Shown here piece by piece: positions 29,763-38,129 of a stretch of 50,760 bases of DNA (position 1 is its first letter; the number at the start of each line of letters is the position of its first letter). Below the pieces are notes generated by a model. The model was given only the letters and a program-made list of their open reading frames with translations. It was not told where the DNA came from and ran no database searches. Both the position numbers and the translations under genes were made by a program. Location of the stretch: NCBI GenBank assembly GCA_046484865.1, contig JAWOID010000138.1:1-50760 (forward strand). Reading direction: 5' to 3'. The stretch is from Candidatus Krumholzibacteriia bacterium. Its GTDB lineage: Bacteria > Krumholzibacteriota > Krumholzibacteriia > LZORAL124-64-63.

Positions 29763-32609
29763 TTGCCAGGCGCTGACGGGAACACGGTGCGCCGGCATCT
29801 CTTCCCGAGGATCGACGACGCGAGACCGAAGATAGCCGGTGCGGCCGTCTTGTCGGCGCTCGTCTGGCTGTGTCCTGCGGTCGGCCTCGCCTGGTCGGAC
29901 CTCGGCTCTCTCGACGATATCTACGATCCGCGCCTGCCCCAGGGAGTCCACACCCTGGACGGTTCCTACGTGGTCTCGACGGGTCAACTCCAGGTGAACA
30001 TCACCAACTTCGGACTCATCGGGTCGCGCTTCTCGGAACCGTCGACCTTCTCCCATGCGCCGTCGGCGCAGTGGCCCGCGGGGTCGGGCGACGAGTACCT
30101 GTGGGCCGCCGGACTGTGGATCGGCGCCAGGCGCCTGGGCCGCGTCGCGGTGACCACCGGGCAGCCCGAGGCCGAACTGAGGCCCGGTCCCGAGATCGAG
30201 CAGACCATCTACGAGGCCGTGGACGCCGAACTGCTGCGACCCACGTTCGGCCCCGGCGGCGTGGGCGGCATCAGGCGGTTCGAGGAGGGCGCGGACGACG
30301 ACAACGACGGCCGCGTGGACGAGGAACTGCTGAACGGCATCGACGACGACGGCGACGGGCTGATCGACGAGGACTTCGGCCAGATCGGCAACCAGATGAT
30401 GGTCTGCAGCATGCGCGACGACTGGCCCCTGGCCCGGGAACTGTACCCGGATCATCTCCCCCTGAACGTGTCGGTGGAGCAGGCGGTCTACGCCTGGTAC
30501 CTGACCGATACCGAGGACTTCATCGCCCTCGAGTACACCATCCGCAACACGGGGGTGACCACGCTCGAAGACGTCTATCTCGGCTTCTACGTGGATTGCG
30601 ACATCGGAGGGCGCTACTCCTTCGCACCCGGACAGGACGACCTGGCGGGCTACTTCAGCGGGGTCGTTCCGGATCGGGACGGCGCCTACCAGAGGGTGGC
30701 CCTGGGCTACATGCGCGACGCCGCGGACGCGAATCGGCTGCCGGGCTGGTTCGGCGTGGCGCTCCTCGATCACACCGTCGACGTGATCGACGACAGCAGG
30801 ACCCCGATGCGGGTGGGCATGCGGGCTTTCCGCCACTTCTCGAGCGATCGGCCGTTCGACGTGGGCGGCGATCCCGGCAACGATCAGGAGCGCTACCAGG
30901 CGCTGTCGAGCCGACGGTTCTCCCCTCCACCCGACCCGCAGCGGCCGCGCGACATGCGCTTCCTCATCTCCAGCGGCCCCTTCACCAGGCTCGAGCCCGG
31001 CGAGTCGGTGGAGTACCGGCTGGCGCTGATCGTCGGCGGTTCGCTCGAGGAACTGCTGGAGGTGGCCTGCGAGGCGTCGCGGGTGTACGCGGGGCACTGG
31101 TACGACGCCGATGCGAACGTGAGGACCGGCACGGGGTGCCGGGAGTTCAAGGTGTGCGCCGAGGATTTCGGCAATCTGTGGAACAGTCCCAGCAACGCGC
31201 TCTATTTGCGCAACAGCTACCGCTTCAACGAGGCTTGCCGTCCACCGCTGTCGCTGCCCGACATCAAGCCCGACGACCTGTTCGTGGACGAGGACGGCAG
31301 GCACTGCACGTACGTGAATGCCGATGCATGCGAGGAAATCATGCGCAGCGCCGGGCGCGAGATCCTCGGCTACGATGTCCGCGGCTCTGCGAAAGACGGC
31401 GACGAGCTCGCGCCGGCCGACCTGATCGCGCTGATGGAGAAGGCCGACAAGGCGAACACCTGCACAGGCTCGGGCGGGCGCGAAACGAACCTCCCCTGGG
31501 CCGTGTCGGGCGTGCCGCCACCCTCGCCCGCCATGCGCGCCTGGGGTCGCCAAGGTCGCGTCCACGTCTACTGGGACGACCGCAGCGAACACGTACCCGA
31601 CCCGGAGACGGGCGTGCTGGACTTCGAGGCCTACTGCATCTGGCGCTCGGACGACTGGGACCGGCCGCGGGGATCGAGCGTGGAGACGGGACCCAGCGGC
31701 ACCTCCTGGAGCATGGTGGGCCGGTACGATCTGGTGAATCGCTACCGGATCCTGCTGCCGCAGCCGCAGGGACCACCCGACGAGCGCTTCCTCGACTTCG
31801 GCCCCAACACCGGGCTGGACACGGTGGTCTACCGGCCCGCGTGCCTGGACGATCCCCGGTTCGCGGGCCTGGCGGAGGAGATGACGGAGTTCGTCCTCGC
31901 CGACGTCGACGGCGTGATCAAGGCGTTTCCCTCGGTTCGCGATGGCCAGGCCATGGTGCGCCCGGGCATGGAGCCGTTCGTGGGCTGGGAGGCGTACCCG
32001 GATGTCCTCGACACGTTCTTCCAGGTGACCGAACGGCCCGCCGAGCCGGACGGTGCCGTGGTTCCCAAGCGCGCCGTCCGGTTCTACGAGCATATCGATC
32101 ACGAGGTGCACGACGGCTTCATCCACTTCTACTCGGTCACGGCGGCAGACCACCTCACCGCCAGGTCCGGCACGGAGCGCGTGATCACGGGCGAGGGCTA
32201 CATCGGTTCGCCGCAGACGTCGTTCACCCACGTCGAGCCGGGTTACGAGGCGCTGGATGCCGAAGCATGGGCGGCTCGCGAGGAGAAGGTCTTCGTGTAC
32301 CCCAACCCCGCGACGACCGCGGCGCTGGCCGAGTTCCAGCAGATGGAGCCGAACGAGCAGGACCCCACCGGGGTGCGCGTGGCATTCGCCAACCTGCCGG
32401 CGGCCCGGTGCACCATCAGGATCTTCACGCTCGCCGGCGATCACGTGGCCACCATCGACCACGACGGCCGTGACGGCCGGGGCCAGGCCCAGTGGAACCT
32501 GGTGTCACGCCGGGGCCAGCAGGTGGTCAGCGGCATCTATCTCTTCACGGTGGAATCGGACGATCCCGCCTTCGAGACCGACGTCGGCAAGTTCGTGATC
32601 CGCTGGTAG
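29763..32609 (+). CDS. Large secreted protein with Asp-rich Ca-binding-like repeats, Fn3-like segment and T9SS-like C-terminal domain; start uncertain (TTG 29763 or GTG 29787)
   Basis: Signal-like hydrophobic stretch; NITNFGLIG...WPAGSG.EYLWAAGLWIGA; DDDNDGRVDEE..NGIDDDGDGLIDED; C-terminal VYPNP...FANLP..CTIRIFTLAGD.V..I.H....WNL.SR.GQ.VVSGIYLF.VE. Confidence 0.75.
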   Translation: MPGADGNTVRRHLFPRIDDARPKIAGAAVLSALVWLCPAVGLAWSDLGSLDDIYDPRLPQGVHTLDGSYVVSTGQLQVNITNFGLIGSRFSEPSTFSHAPSAQWPAGSGDEYLWAAGLWIGARRLGRVAVTTGQPEAELRPGPEIEQTIYEAVDAELLRPTFGPGGVGGIRRFEEGADDDNDGRVDEELLNGIDDDGDGLIDEDFGQIGNQMMVCSMRDDWPLARELYPDHLPLNVSVEQAVYAWYLTDTEDFIALEYTIRNTGVTTLEDVYLGFYVDCDIGGRYSFAPGQDDLAGYFSGVVPDRDGAYQRVALGYMRDAADANRLPGWFGVALLDHTVDVIDDSRTPMRVGMRAFRHFSSDRPFDVGGDPGNDQERYQALSSRRFSPPPDPQRPRDMRFLISSGPFTRLEPGESVEYRLALIVGGSLEELLEVACEASRVYAGHWYDADANVRTGTGCREFKVCAEDFGNLWNSPSNALYLRNSYRFNEACRPPLSLPDIKPDDLFVDEDGRHCTYVNADACEEIMRSAGREILGYDVRGSAKDGDELAPADLIALMEKADKANTCTGSGGRETNLPWAVSGVPPPSPAMRAWGRQGRVHVYWDDRSEHVPDPETGVLDFEAYCIWRSDDWDRPRGSSVETGPSGTSWSMVGRYDLVNRYRILLPQPQGPPDERFLDFGPNTGLDTVVYRPACLDDPRFAGLAEEMTEFVLADVDGVIKAFPSVRDGQAMVRPGMEPFVGWEAYPDVLDTFFQVTERPAEPDGAVVPKRAVRFYEHIDHEVHDGFIHFYSVTAADHLTARSGTERVITGEGYIGSPQTSFTHVEPGYEALDAEAWAAREEKVFVYPNPATTAALAEFQQMEPNEQDPTGVRVAFANLPAARCTIRIFTLAGDHVATIDHDGRDGRGQAQWNLVSRRGQQVVSGIYLFTVESDDPAFETDVGKFVIRW

Positions 32610-32630
32610 CCTGCCCGCCGCTTCGGTGCG

Positions 32631-34136
32631 CTACAGTGCCAGCATGAACGCCGTGAGGTCTGCCTTCTCGTCCTCGGTCAGCTCCAGTCCCAGCACCAGG
32701 TTGAAGAACTCCACCGTGTCCTCGAGCGTGAGCAGCCGGCCGTCGTGCAGGTACGGCGGCGAATCCTTGATCCCGCGCAAGGGGAAGGTCTTGATGGGAC
32801 CGTCGGCCGCCGCCACGCGCCCGTTGATCATGCGGGCCGTGTAGAACCGCTCCACCTTCAGATCGTGCATGAAGTTGTCGGTGTAATAGGGCGGCTGATG
32901 GCACGGGACGCACCGCCCCTTGCCGAAGAACACGTCCTGGCCCCTCAGCTCGGACCGGGTGGCCCGGGACGGATCCAGCCTGCCGAAGACGTCGAGCCTG
33001 GGCGCCGGCGGGAAGTCCAGGAGTTCCTGGAACTCGGCCATCGCGTGGATCTGGCTGCCGCGCTCCAGGATGTTGACGCCCTTCTTCTGCGCGATCACGA
33101 AGTCGCCGTCGAAGTAGGCCGCCCGCTGCTCGAACTCCGTGAAGTCCTCGACCGTGCGCAGGGCGCGCTGGGAGCCGAACAGCCGCTGGACGTTCACGCC
33201 CCGCAACGTGGGCGTGTCGATCCGGTGGCGGAAATGCTGCGGCCGGATGTCGCCCACCAGGTGCGTGGCGCTGTTGGTATGGCCGTTGGCGTGGCAGTCG
33301 AAGCAGGCCACGCCCAGGCTGGGCCGCTCGGAGCGGCGGTCGTCGGTGAGGTTGAACTGCTGCTGCGCGAACGGCGTCACGAGCAGGCGCAGGCCCTCCA
33401 TCTGCTTGGAATTGAGGATACCGTCGAACAGCTCGAAGAAGTTGTCGGACGTGACCAGCTGCCCCCGGGAGACGTCGCCGAGGTCCGGTCGCACGGTCAG
33501 GAAGATCGGCGCCGGAAACTCGGGCAGGAGGTGCTGCGGCAGGTCGAAGTCGAGATCGAACCGGGTCAGGTCGCGGTCCGTCTGCCGGCGCACCTCGTCG
33601 ATCTGGACCTGCGGGAAGACCATGCCCCCTTCCTCGTGATGAGGGTGGGGCAGCGGGAAGAACCCGGCCGGCCAGAGGTCGCGTTCGCGGATCTCGTCGG
33701 CGGTCATGGCCGCGAGCTGATCCCAGGTGACCCGGGCGGGCAGCCTGACCCGGACGCCCTGCTGGACCGGCTTGCCCCCGGACATGGTGGCGCGCTCGTG
33801 CGGCCGGTCGGACAGATCGTACCGCTCCTCGAGCAGGTCCATCTGGCGCGTCATCACCTCGGGAGTCTGCGCCCTCATCTCGGCCATCATGGCATCGAAG
33901 TCGATGTCGAGCTCCACCGGCATGTAGCTGCTCTCGCCGCGCAGCGGAATGCCCTGCTGTTCCAGTTCCCGGGCGATGCGCTGGGCCGAGGTCAGTCCCT
34001 CGCCGGGCAACTCGGCGTCCCGATCCTGCCGCCCGGGGCGGTCCTGCTGGGTCCACGCCGCGCCTGCGGCCAGAGTCAGCAGGCCGAGCGCGACCAGCAC
34101 CGCCGCCACGGGATATCCAACGAGCATTCGTCTCAT
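32631..34136 (-). CDS. Periplasmic diheme c-type cytochrome of the CcP/MauG-related superfamily
   Basis: Signal peptide; CXXCH motifs CFDCH and CVPCH; DTPTLRG; KTFPLRG...SPPYLHDGRL.TLED.V. GGAGG RBS. Confidence 0.85.
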   Translation of the reverse strand: MRRMLVGYPVAAVLVALGLLTLAAGAAWTQQDRPGRQDRDAELPGEGLTSAQRIARELEQQGIPLRGESSYMPVELDIDFDAMMAEMRAQTPEVMTRQMDLLEERYDLSDRPHERATMSGGKPVQQGVRVRLPARVTWDQLAAMTADEIRERDLWPAGFFPLPHPHHEEGGMVFPQVQIDEVRRQTDRDLTRFDLDFDLPQHLLPEFPAPIFLTVRPDLGDVSRGQLVTSDNFFELFDGILNSKQMEGLRLLVTPFAQQQFNLTDDRRSERPSLGVACFDCHANGHTNSATHLVGDIRPQHFRHRIDTPTLRGVNVQRLFGSQRALRTVEDFTEFEQRAAYFDGDFVIAQKKGVNILERGSQIHAMAEFQELLDFPPAPRLDVFGRLDPSRATRSELRGQDVFFGKGRCVPCHQPPYYTDNFMHDLKVERFYTARMINGRVAAADGPIKTFPLRGIKDSPPYLHDGRLLTLEDTVEFFNLVLGLELTEDEKADLTAFMLAL

Positions 34137-34507
34137 GAGAGCCTCCCTCCGGAGATGGGAATCTTCGTTCCTGGGACCGGATCGCGGGGGGCGTGCAGGC
34201 GATGATGTGAGGCTGCCGGGGCTTCTATCGCGTCCCCCGCGCTCGATTGAGCCAAGATAGGATGACCGGCGCCGCGGCGCCGGTCGGCGGCCCTTCGGCC
34301 GATCCGGGAGTTTTGGGGGGCGACTTCCCGGGCGGGGGTGGCGCCAGAATCGTCTCATGGCCGGCGCCGCGGCCGGCAGGGCGAAACCCGCGCTCCGGCG
34401 CTTGAGGCTGGACAACGGACGCCTTCTGCACAACAATGGACCGGATCCCGGCGACCCGACGGCCGCAAGCCGCTGCCACGAACTCCTGAAAGCAACCATT
34501 TCTCACC

Positions 34508-35944
34508 ATGCTCTTCAACTCGATCGTCTTCCTCCTCTTCGGTGCGCTGGTTTTCGCGCTGTGGCCGCTCGTCCGCCGCTGGCGAAACTCGCGGTTCGCG
34601 TTCCTCGTCATCGCCTCGTTCGTGTTCTATGGCTGGTGGGACTGGCGCTTCCTGTTCCTGATCATCGGCAGCGGGTTGCTCGATTACGCCTCCGGCCTGG
34701 GCATGAGCCGATTTTCGCGGGTGAAGCGCCTGTTCCTGGTGCTGTCGCTGCTCGGGAACGTCGGCTCGCTGATGCTCTTCAAGTACAGCGGGTTCTTCGC
34801 GGCGAACCTGGAGGCCGTGCTGGGGTGGATCGGGCTGGAGGTCGAGCTGCGGCAGGGCATGCCGCCCTTCATGCTCGTCCTGCCCGTCGGCATCTCCTTC
34901 TACACCTTCCAGTCGATGAGCTACACCATCGACATCTACCGGGGCCAGCTCCAGCCCACGCGCAACGTCCTGCACTTCTTCGCCTACCTGGCGCTCTTCC
35001 CGCAGCTCGTCGCCGGGCCCATCATCCGCGCGGCCGATCTGCTGCCGCAGCTGCTGGAGGACCGGCGGACGACGGCCGAGGACCGCTGGGAGGGCCTGCG
35101 GCTGGTGGTGCACGGGTTCTTCAAGAAGATGGTGGTGGCGGACAGCCTGGCATTCTACGTGAACGGCGCCTTCGGGGCGTCGATCCCGGCCGAATCCAGC
35201 CTCTACTGGTGGATCATCATCACGGCTTTCGCGGTGCAGATCTACTGCGACTTCAGCGGCTACAGCGACATCGCACGCGGGCTGGCGCGCTGGCTCGGCT
35301 ACGACTTCATGGTGAATTTCAAGCACCCCTACGTGGCCGTCTCGCTGCAGGACTTCTGGCGTCGCTGGCACATCTCCCTGTCGACCTGGTTCCGGGACTA
35401 CGTCTACATCCCCCTGGGCGGCAGCCAGCGCGGCGCGCGGCGGGCGCAGCTGAACATGTGGGGCACGATGCTGATCTCGGGGCTATGGCACGGAGCCGCC
35501 TGGAACTTCGTGATCTGGGGCGGAATTCACGCAACCTCGACCACCATGGAGCGGGCCACCCGCTGGCCGGCCCGGGTGATGGCCCTGCCGGGCGGGAGGA
35601 TGCTGGCGAACGCCATCGTGCTGCTGCAGGTCTGGATCAGCTGGGTCTTCTTCCGCGCGACGAGCTTCGAGCAGGCCGTCGTCATCCTGGGCCGGATGTT
35701 CAGCTTCGAGGGCGGCATCGGGACGCTATGGGCCCTGCTCGGCGGCATCAACATGATCAACCTGGCGATCTTCATCGGGGGCATGTGGCTGCGCGAGGCG
35801 TACTTCTTCTGGGGGCTGCACGAACGGCCCCTGCTGCCGGGCGGCTGGGGACGCCGCCTGGAGCCCGTGGGACTGGCCCTGGCGATCGCCGCCTGCGTCT
35901 ACCTGCGCGGGCCCGGCGGGGCTTTCATCTACTTCCAGTTCTGA
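34508..35944 (+). CDS. MBOAT O-acyltransferase (AlgI/PatA/DltB-like)
   Basis: MLFNS..F, LPVGISFYTFQSMSY.ID, FPQLVAGPI.R, QIYCDFSGYSDIA, FWRRWHISLSTWFRDYVYIPLGG, GLWHGA, C-terminal FIYFQF. Confidence 0.95.
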   Translation: MLFNSIVFLLFGALVFALWPLVRRWRNSRFAFLVIASFVFYGWWDWRFLFLIIGSGLLDYASGLGMSRFSRVKRLFLVLSLLGNVGSLMLFKYSGFFAANLEAVLGWIGLEVELRQGMPPFMLVLPVGISFYTFQSMSYTIDIYRGQLQPTRNVLHFFAYLALFPQLVAGPIIRAADLLPQLLEDRRTTAEDRWEGLRLVVHGFFKKMVVADSLAFYVNGAFGASIPAESSLYWWIIITAFAVQIYCDFSGYSDIARGLARWLGYDFMVNFKHPYVAVSLQDFWRRWHISLSTWFRDYVYIPLGGSQRGARRAQLNMWGTMLISGLWHGAAWNFVIWGGIHATSTTMERATRWPARVMALPGGRMLANAIVLLQVWISWVFFRATSFEQAVVILGRMFSFEGGIGTLWALLGGINMINLAIFIGGMWLREAYFFWGLHERPLLPGGWGRRLEPVGLALAIAACVYLRGPGGAFIYFQF

Positions 35945-35978
35945 CGTTGCGGCGGTGGCGCGAGAGGAGGTGTGTCGG

Positions 35979-36956
35979 ATGAGGGATCGCATGGTTCAGA
36001 CCTGCCTGCTGGCGGCGGTCGTCATCGTCGTCGTCGGCCTCATCGGGCCCACGCCACGCGATCCATACCGCGCCGCACGCCCGGCGGAAAGCTCGTTCTA
36101 CATCCACAAGGTGCACACCGCGGGATCCTACGACGTCGTCGTCCTGGGCGATTCACGCACCTTGAACGCCGTGGCGCCCGCCGAACTGGCGGCGGTGCTC
36201 GGCGACATCCGCGTCTTCAATTTCGCCTACCAGTCGGGCGGGTTGAACCCCGAGATCTACGCCGCCGGTGAACGCCGGCTCGACCCCGACAGTCCACGGC
36301 CCACCATGGTCCTCGGCGTTTCGCCACTCACCCTGCTGGCCGAGAGGGCGAACAACACGCAGTACCGGCTGCACCGGGACAAGCCTCGCGACGAGGTGCT
36401 GCTGAAGCAGCACTTCCCGGAGGTGGCGCAGTTCTTCGCACCGATCGAACCCGGCGATATCATCGGTCGGCTGTTCAACCTCCGTCCCAAGGTGATGTAT
36501 TATCAGGAGTTCCACGACGACGGCTGGATCGCGGCCCGCCTGGTACCACCGGACACTGCCCGCGCGATGGAGCCACTCGCAGCGGATCTCGCCGGCATGA
36601 AGATCGACGACCAGCTGGTGGCAGCGCTCGTGGCTCAGACCCACCAATGGCACCGCGAGGGAATCACCGTCTTCGCATTCCGCCCGCCGGCCCAGTCGTG
36701 GGCCAAGGCCCTGGAGGATTCGCTGCTCGGATTCGACGAAGCCGCGCTGGCTCGCGCCGTCCAGTCGGCCGGCGGTATCTGGCTGGAATTCTCGCCTGCC
36801 GCGTACCCCACGTACGACGGCAGCCATCTGGATCACGAATCGGCGCGCAAGTTCTCGCGGGATCTCGCGAGCAAGATGGCCAGGTACTACGCGAACCGGC
36901 CCGAAGCGATCTCCGCGACGGCCGCGCCGGCGGCTGCACCGCAGCTGCGGCGGTAA
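35979..36956 (+). CDS. Membrane-anchored SGNH-like protein (AlgJ/PatB/DltD-like partner)
   Basis: N-terminal TM; VVLGDSR (catalytic Ser block), FNFAY..G, YDGSHL (DxxH). GGAGG RBS; directly follows the MBOAT gene. Confidence 0.75.
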   Translation: MRDRMVQTCLLAAVVIVVVGLIGPTPRDPYRAARPAESSFYIHKVHTAGSYDVVVLGDSRTLNAVAPAELAAVLGDIRVFNFAYQSGGLNPEIYAAGERRLDPDSPRPTMVLGVSPLTLLAERANNTQYRLHRDKPRDEVLLKQHFPEVAQFFAPIEPGDIIGRLFNLRPKVMYYQEFHDDGWIAARLVPPDTARAMEPLAADLAGMKIDDQLVAALVAQTHQWHREGITVFAFRPPAQSWAKALEDSLLGFDEAALARAVQSAGGIWLEFSPAAYPTYDGSHLDHESARKFSRDLASKMARYYANRPEAISATAAPAAAPQLRR

Positions 36957-37020
36957 CCTCCACCCCTTCACCGCGGTCCTCGTGCCGCACGGGTTCGTCA
37001 GAGCCTCACGGCCAGCGTTG

Positions 37021-37977
37021 TTAAAGTTGCCGGAAGGCCACGGCCAGGCTGTGGCCCGGCGGGCTCAGCGGCGACGGCGGTCCGGCGACCGCGAGCAGCC
37101 GGCCCACGGCGTCGCAGCCCTTCAGCACCAAGCGTTCACCGGTGCCGTTGCGGACCAGGGGCAGGCGGCCGCCTCGCAACCGGTCCAGGCCGACCTGCAG
37201 CACGGCGGCGTGGCTCATGGCCAGCTCGAGTCCGGCGGCGGCGTCGGTGTGGGCGGCCACCGCGTGAAGGCCGTGCCGGGCGCCGAGCTGGAGCAGGCTG
37301 GTCAGCGTCCACCAGGTGACGTGGTGGGGGGGATAGTTCAGGTAGTTGTTGGCGCGCACGCCCATGAAGCTGTCCGCATTGGGCACCGCGATCACCAGCA
37401 AACCGCCGGGCCGGACGCAGCCGGCGCAGCCGCGGAAGAATGCCGCTGGATCGGCCAGGTGCTCGAGGACCTGGAAGCTGGTGACCACGTCGTAGCCGCC
37501 CGGCTCGCGGGCGGCTACCTCCTCGACCAGATCCTGTCGCACGTCCAGACCGCGTGCGCGAGCCGCCGCCGATGCCGCGCCGCTGGGGTCGAGCCCCGTG
37601 TAGCGGACGCCGGGCACGTGCGTGGCGAACAGCCCCCAGCCGCAGCCCACGTCCAGCAGGCGTTCGCCCGGGTTCACGAGGGACGCCGCGAACCGGTACT
37701 CGGACTTGTCGGCGGCGTAGTGGGGGCGCGCCGTCAGATCGGCGTAGAAACGGCCGGAGCCGGCGCAGGGCGGGTCGAAGAACCAGAAGCGCGCCGGTTC
37801 GTCATGCCACAGGGTGAGCGTGTCGGCAGTCAGCTCCGACGCCACCTCCAGGCCGCGCAGCCGCCGGTAGAGCAGCACCAGATCGCTCGCCGCCAGCCGC
37901 GCCACGGGCCGACAGGCAGTGGAGCCGGTGAGCGGGCTCGGGGGACTGGTCAGGGGCCTCTCCGGTTTCGTGCGCAT
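37021..37977 (-). CDS. Class I SAM-dependent methyltransferase
   Basis: LLDVGCGWG, YTGLD, YDVVTSFQVLEHL.DP, PGGLLVIAVPN, PPHH...W. Confidence 0.88.
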   Translation of the reverse strand: MRTKPERPLTSPPSPLTGSTACRPVARLAASDLVLLYRRLRGLEVASELTADTLTLWHDEPARFWFFDPPCAGSGRFYADLTARPHYAADKSEYRFAASLVNPGERLLDVGCGWGLFATHVPGVRYTGLDPSGAASAAARARGLDVRQDLVEEVAAREPGGYDVVTSFQVLEHLADPAAFFRGCAGCVRPGGLLVIAVPNADSFMGVRANNYLNYPPHHVTWWTLTSLLQLGARHGLHAVAAHTDAAAGLELAMSHAAVLQVGLDRLRGGRLPLVRNGTGERLVLKGCDAVGRLLAVAGPPSPLSPPGHSLAVAFRQL

Positions 37978-38038
37978 GATCCATCCATCGTCGACTGCCG
38001 GCTGCGGGAGCAGGAACCACGCCAGCGGGAAGCGAGGC

Positions 38039-38108
38039 GGCCGGCGCCTCTCCTCGCGCGGCGAGGCGCCGGCCGGCGGCCCGACGTCGCGCGAGCGATC
38101 GCGCGACG
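38039..38108. terminator. Two adjacent GC hairpins downstream of the prolyl oligopeptidase gene
   Basis: GGCCGGCGCCTC-N12-GAGGCGCCGGCC (38039-38074) and CGTCGCGCGA-GCGA-TCGCGCGACG (38085-38108). Confidence 0.45.
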
Positions 38109-38129
38109 CGTCCCGATCACTTCACCGGG

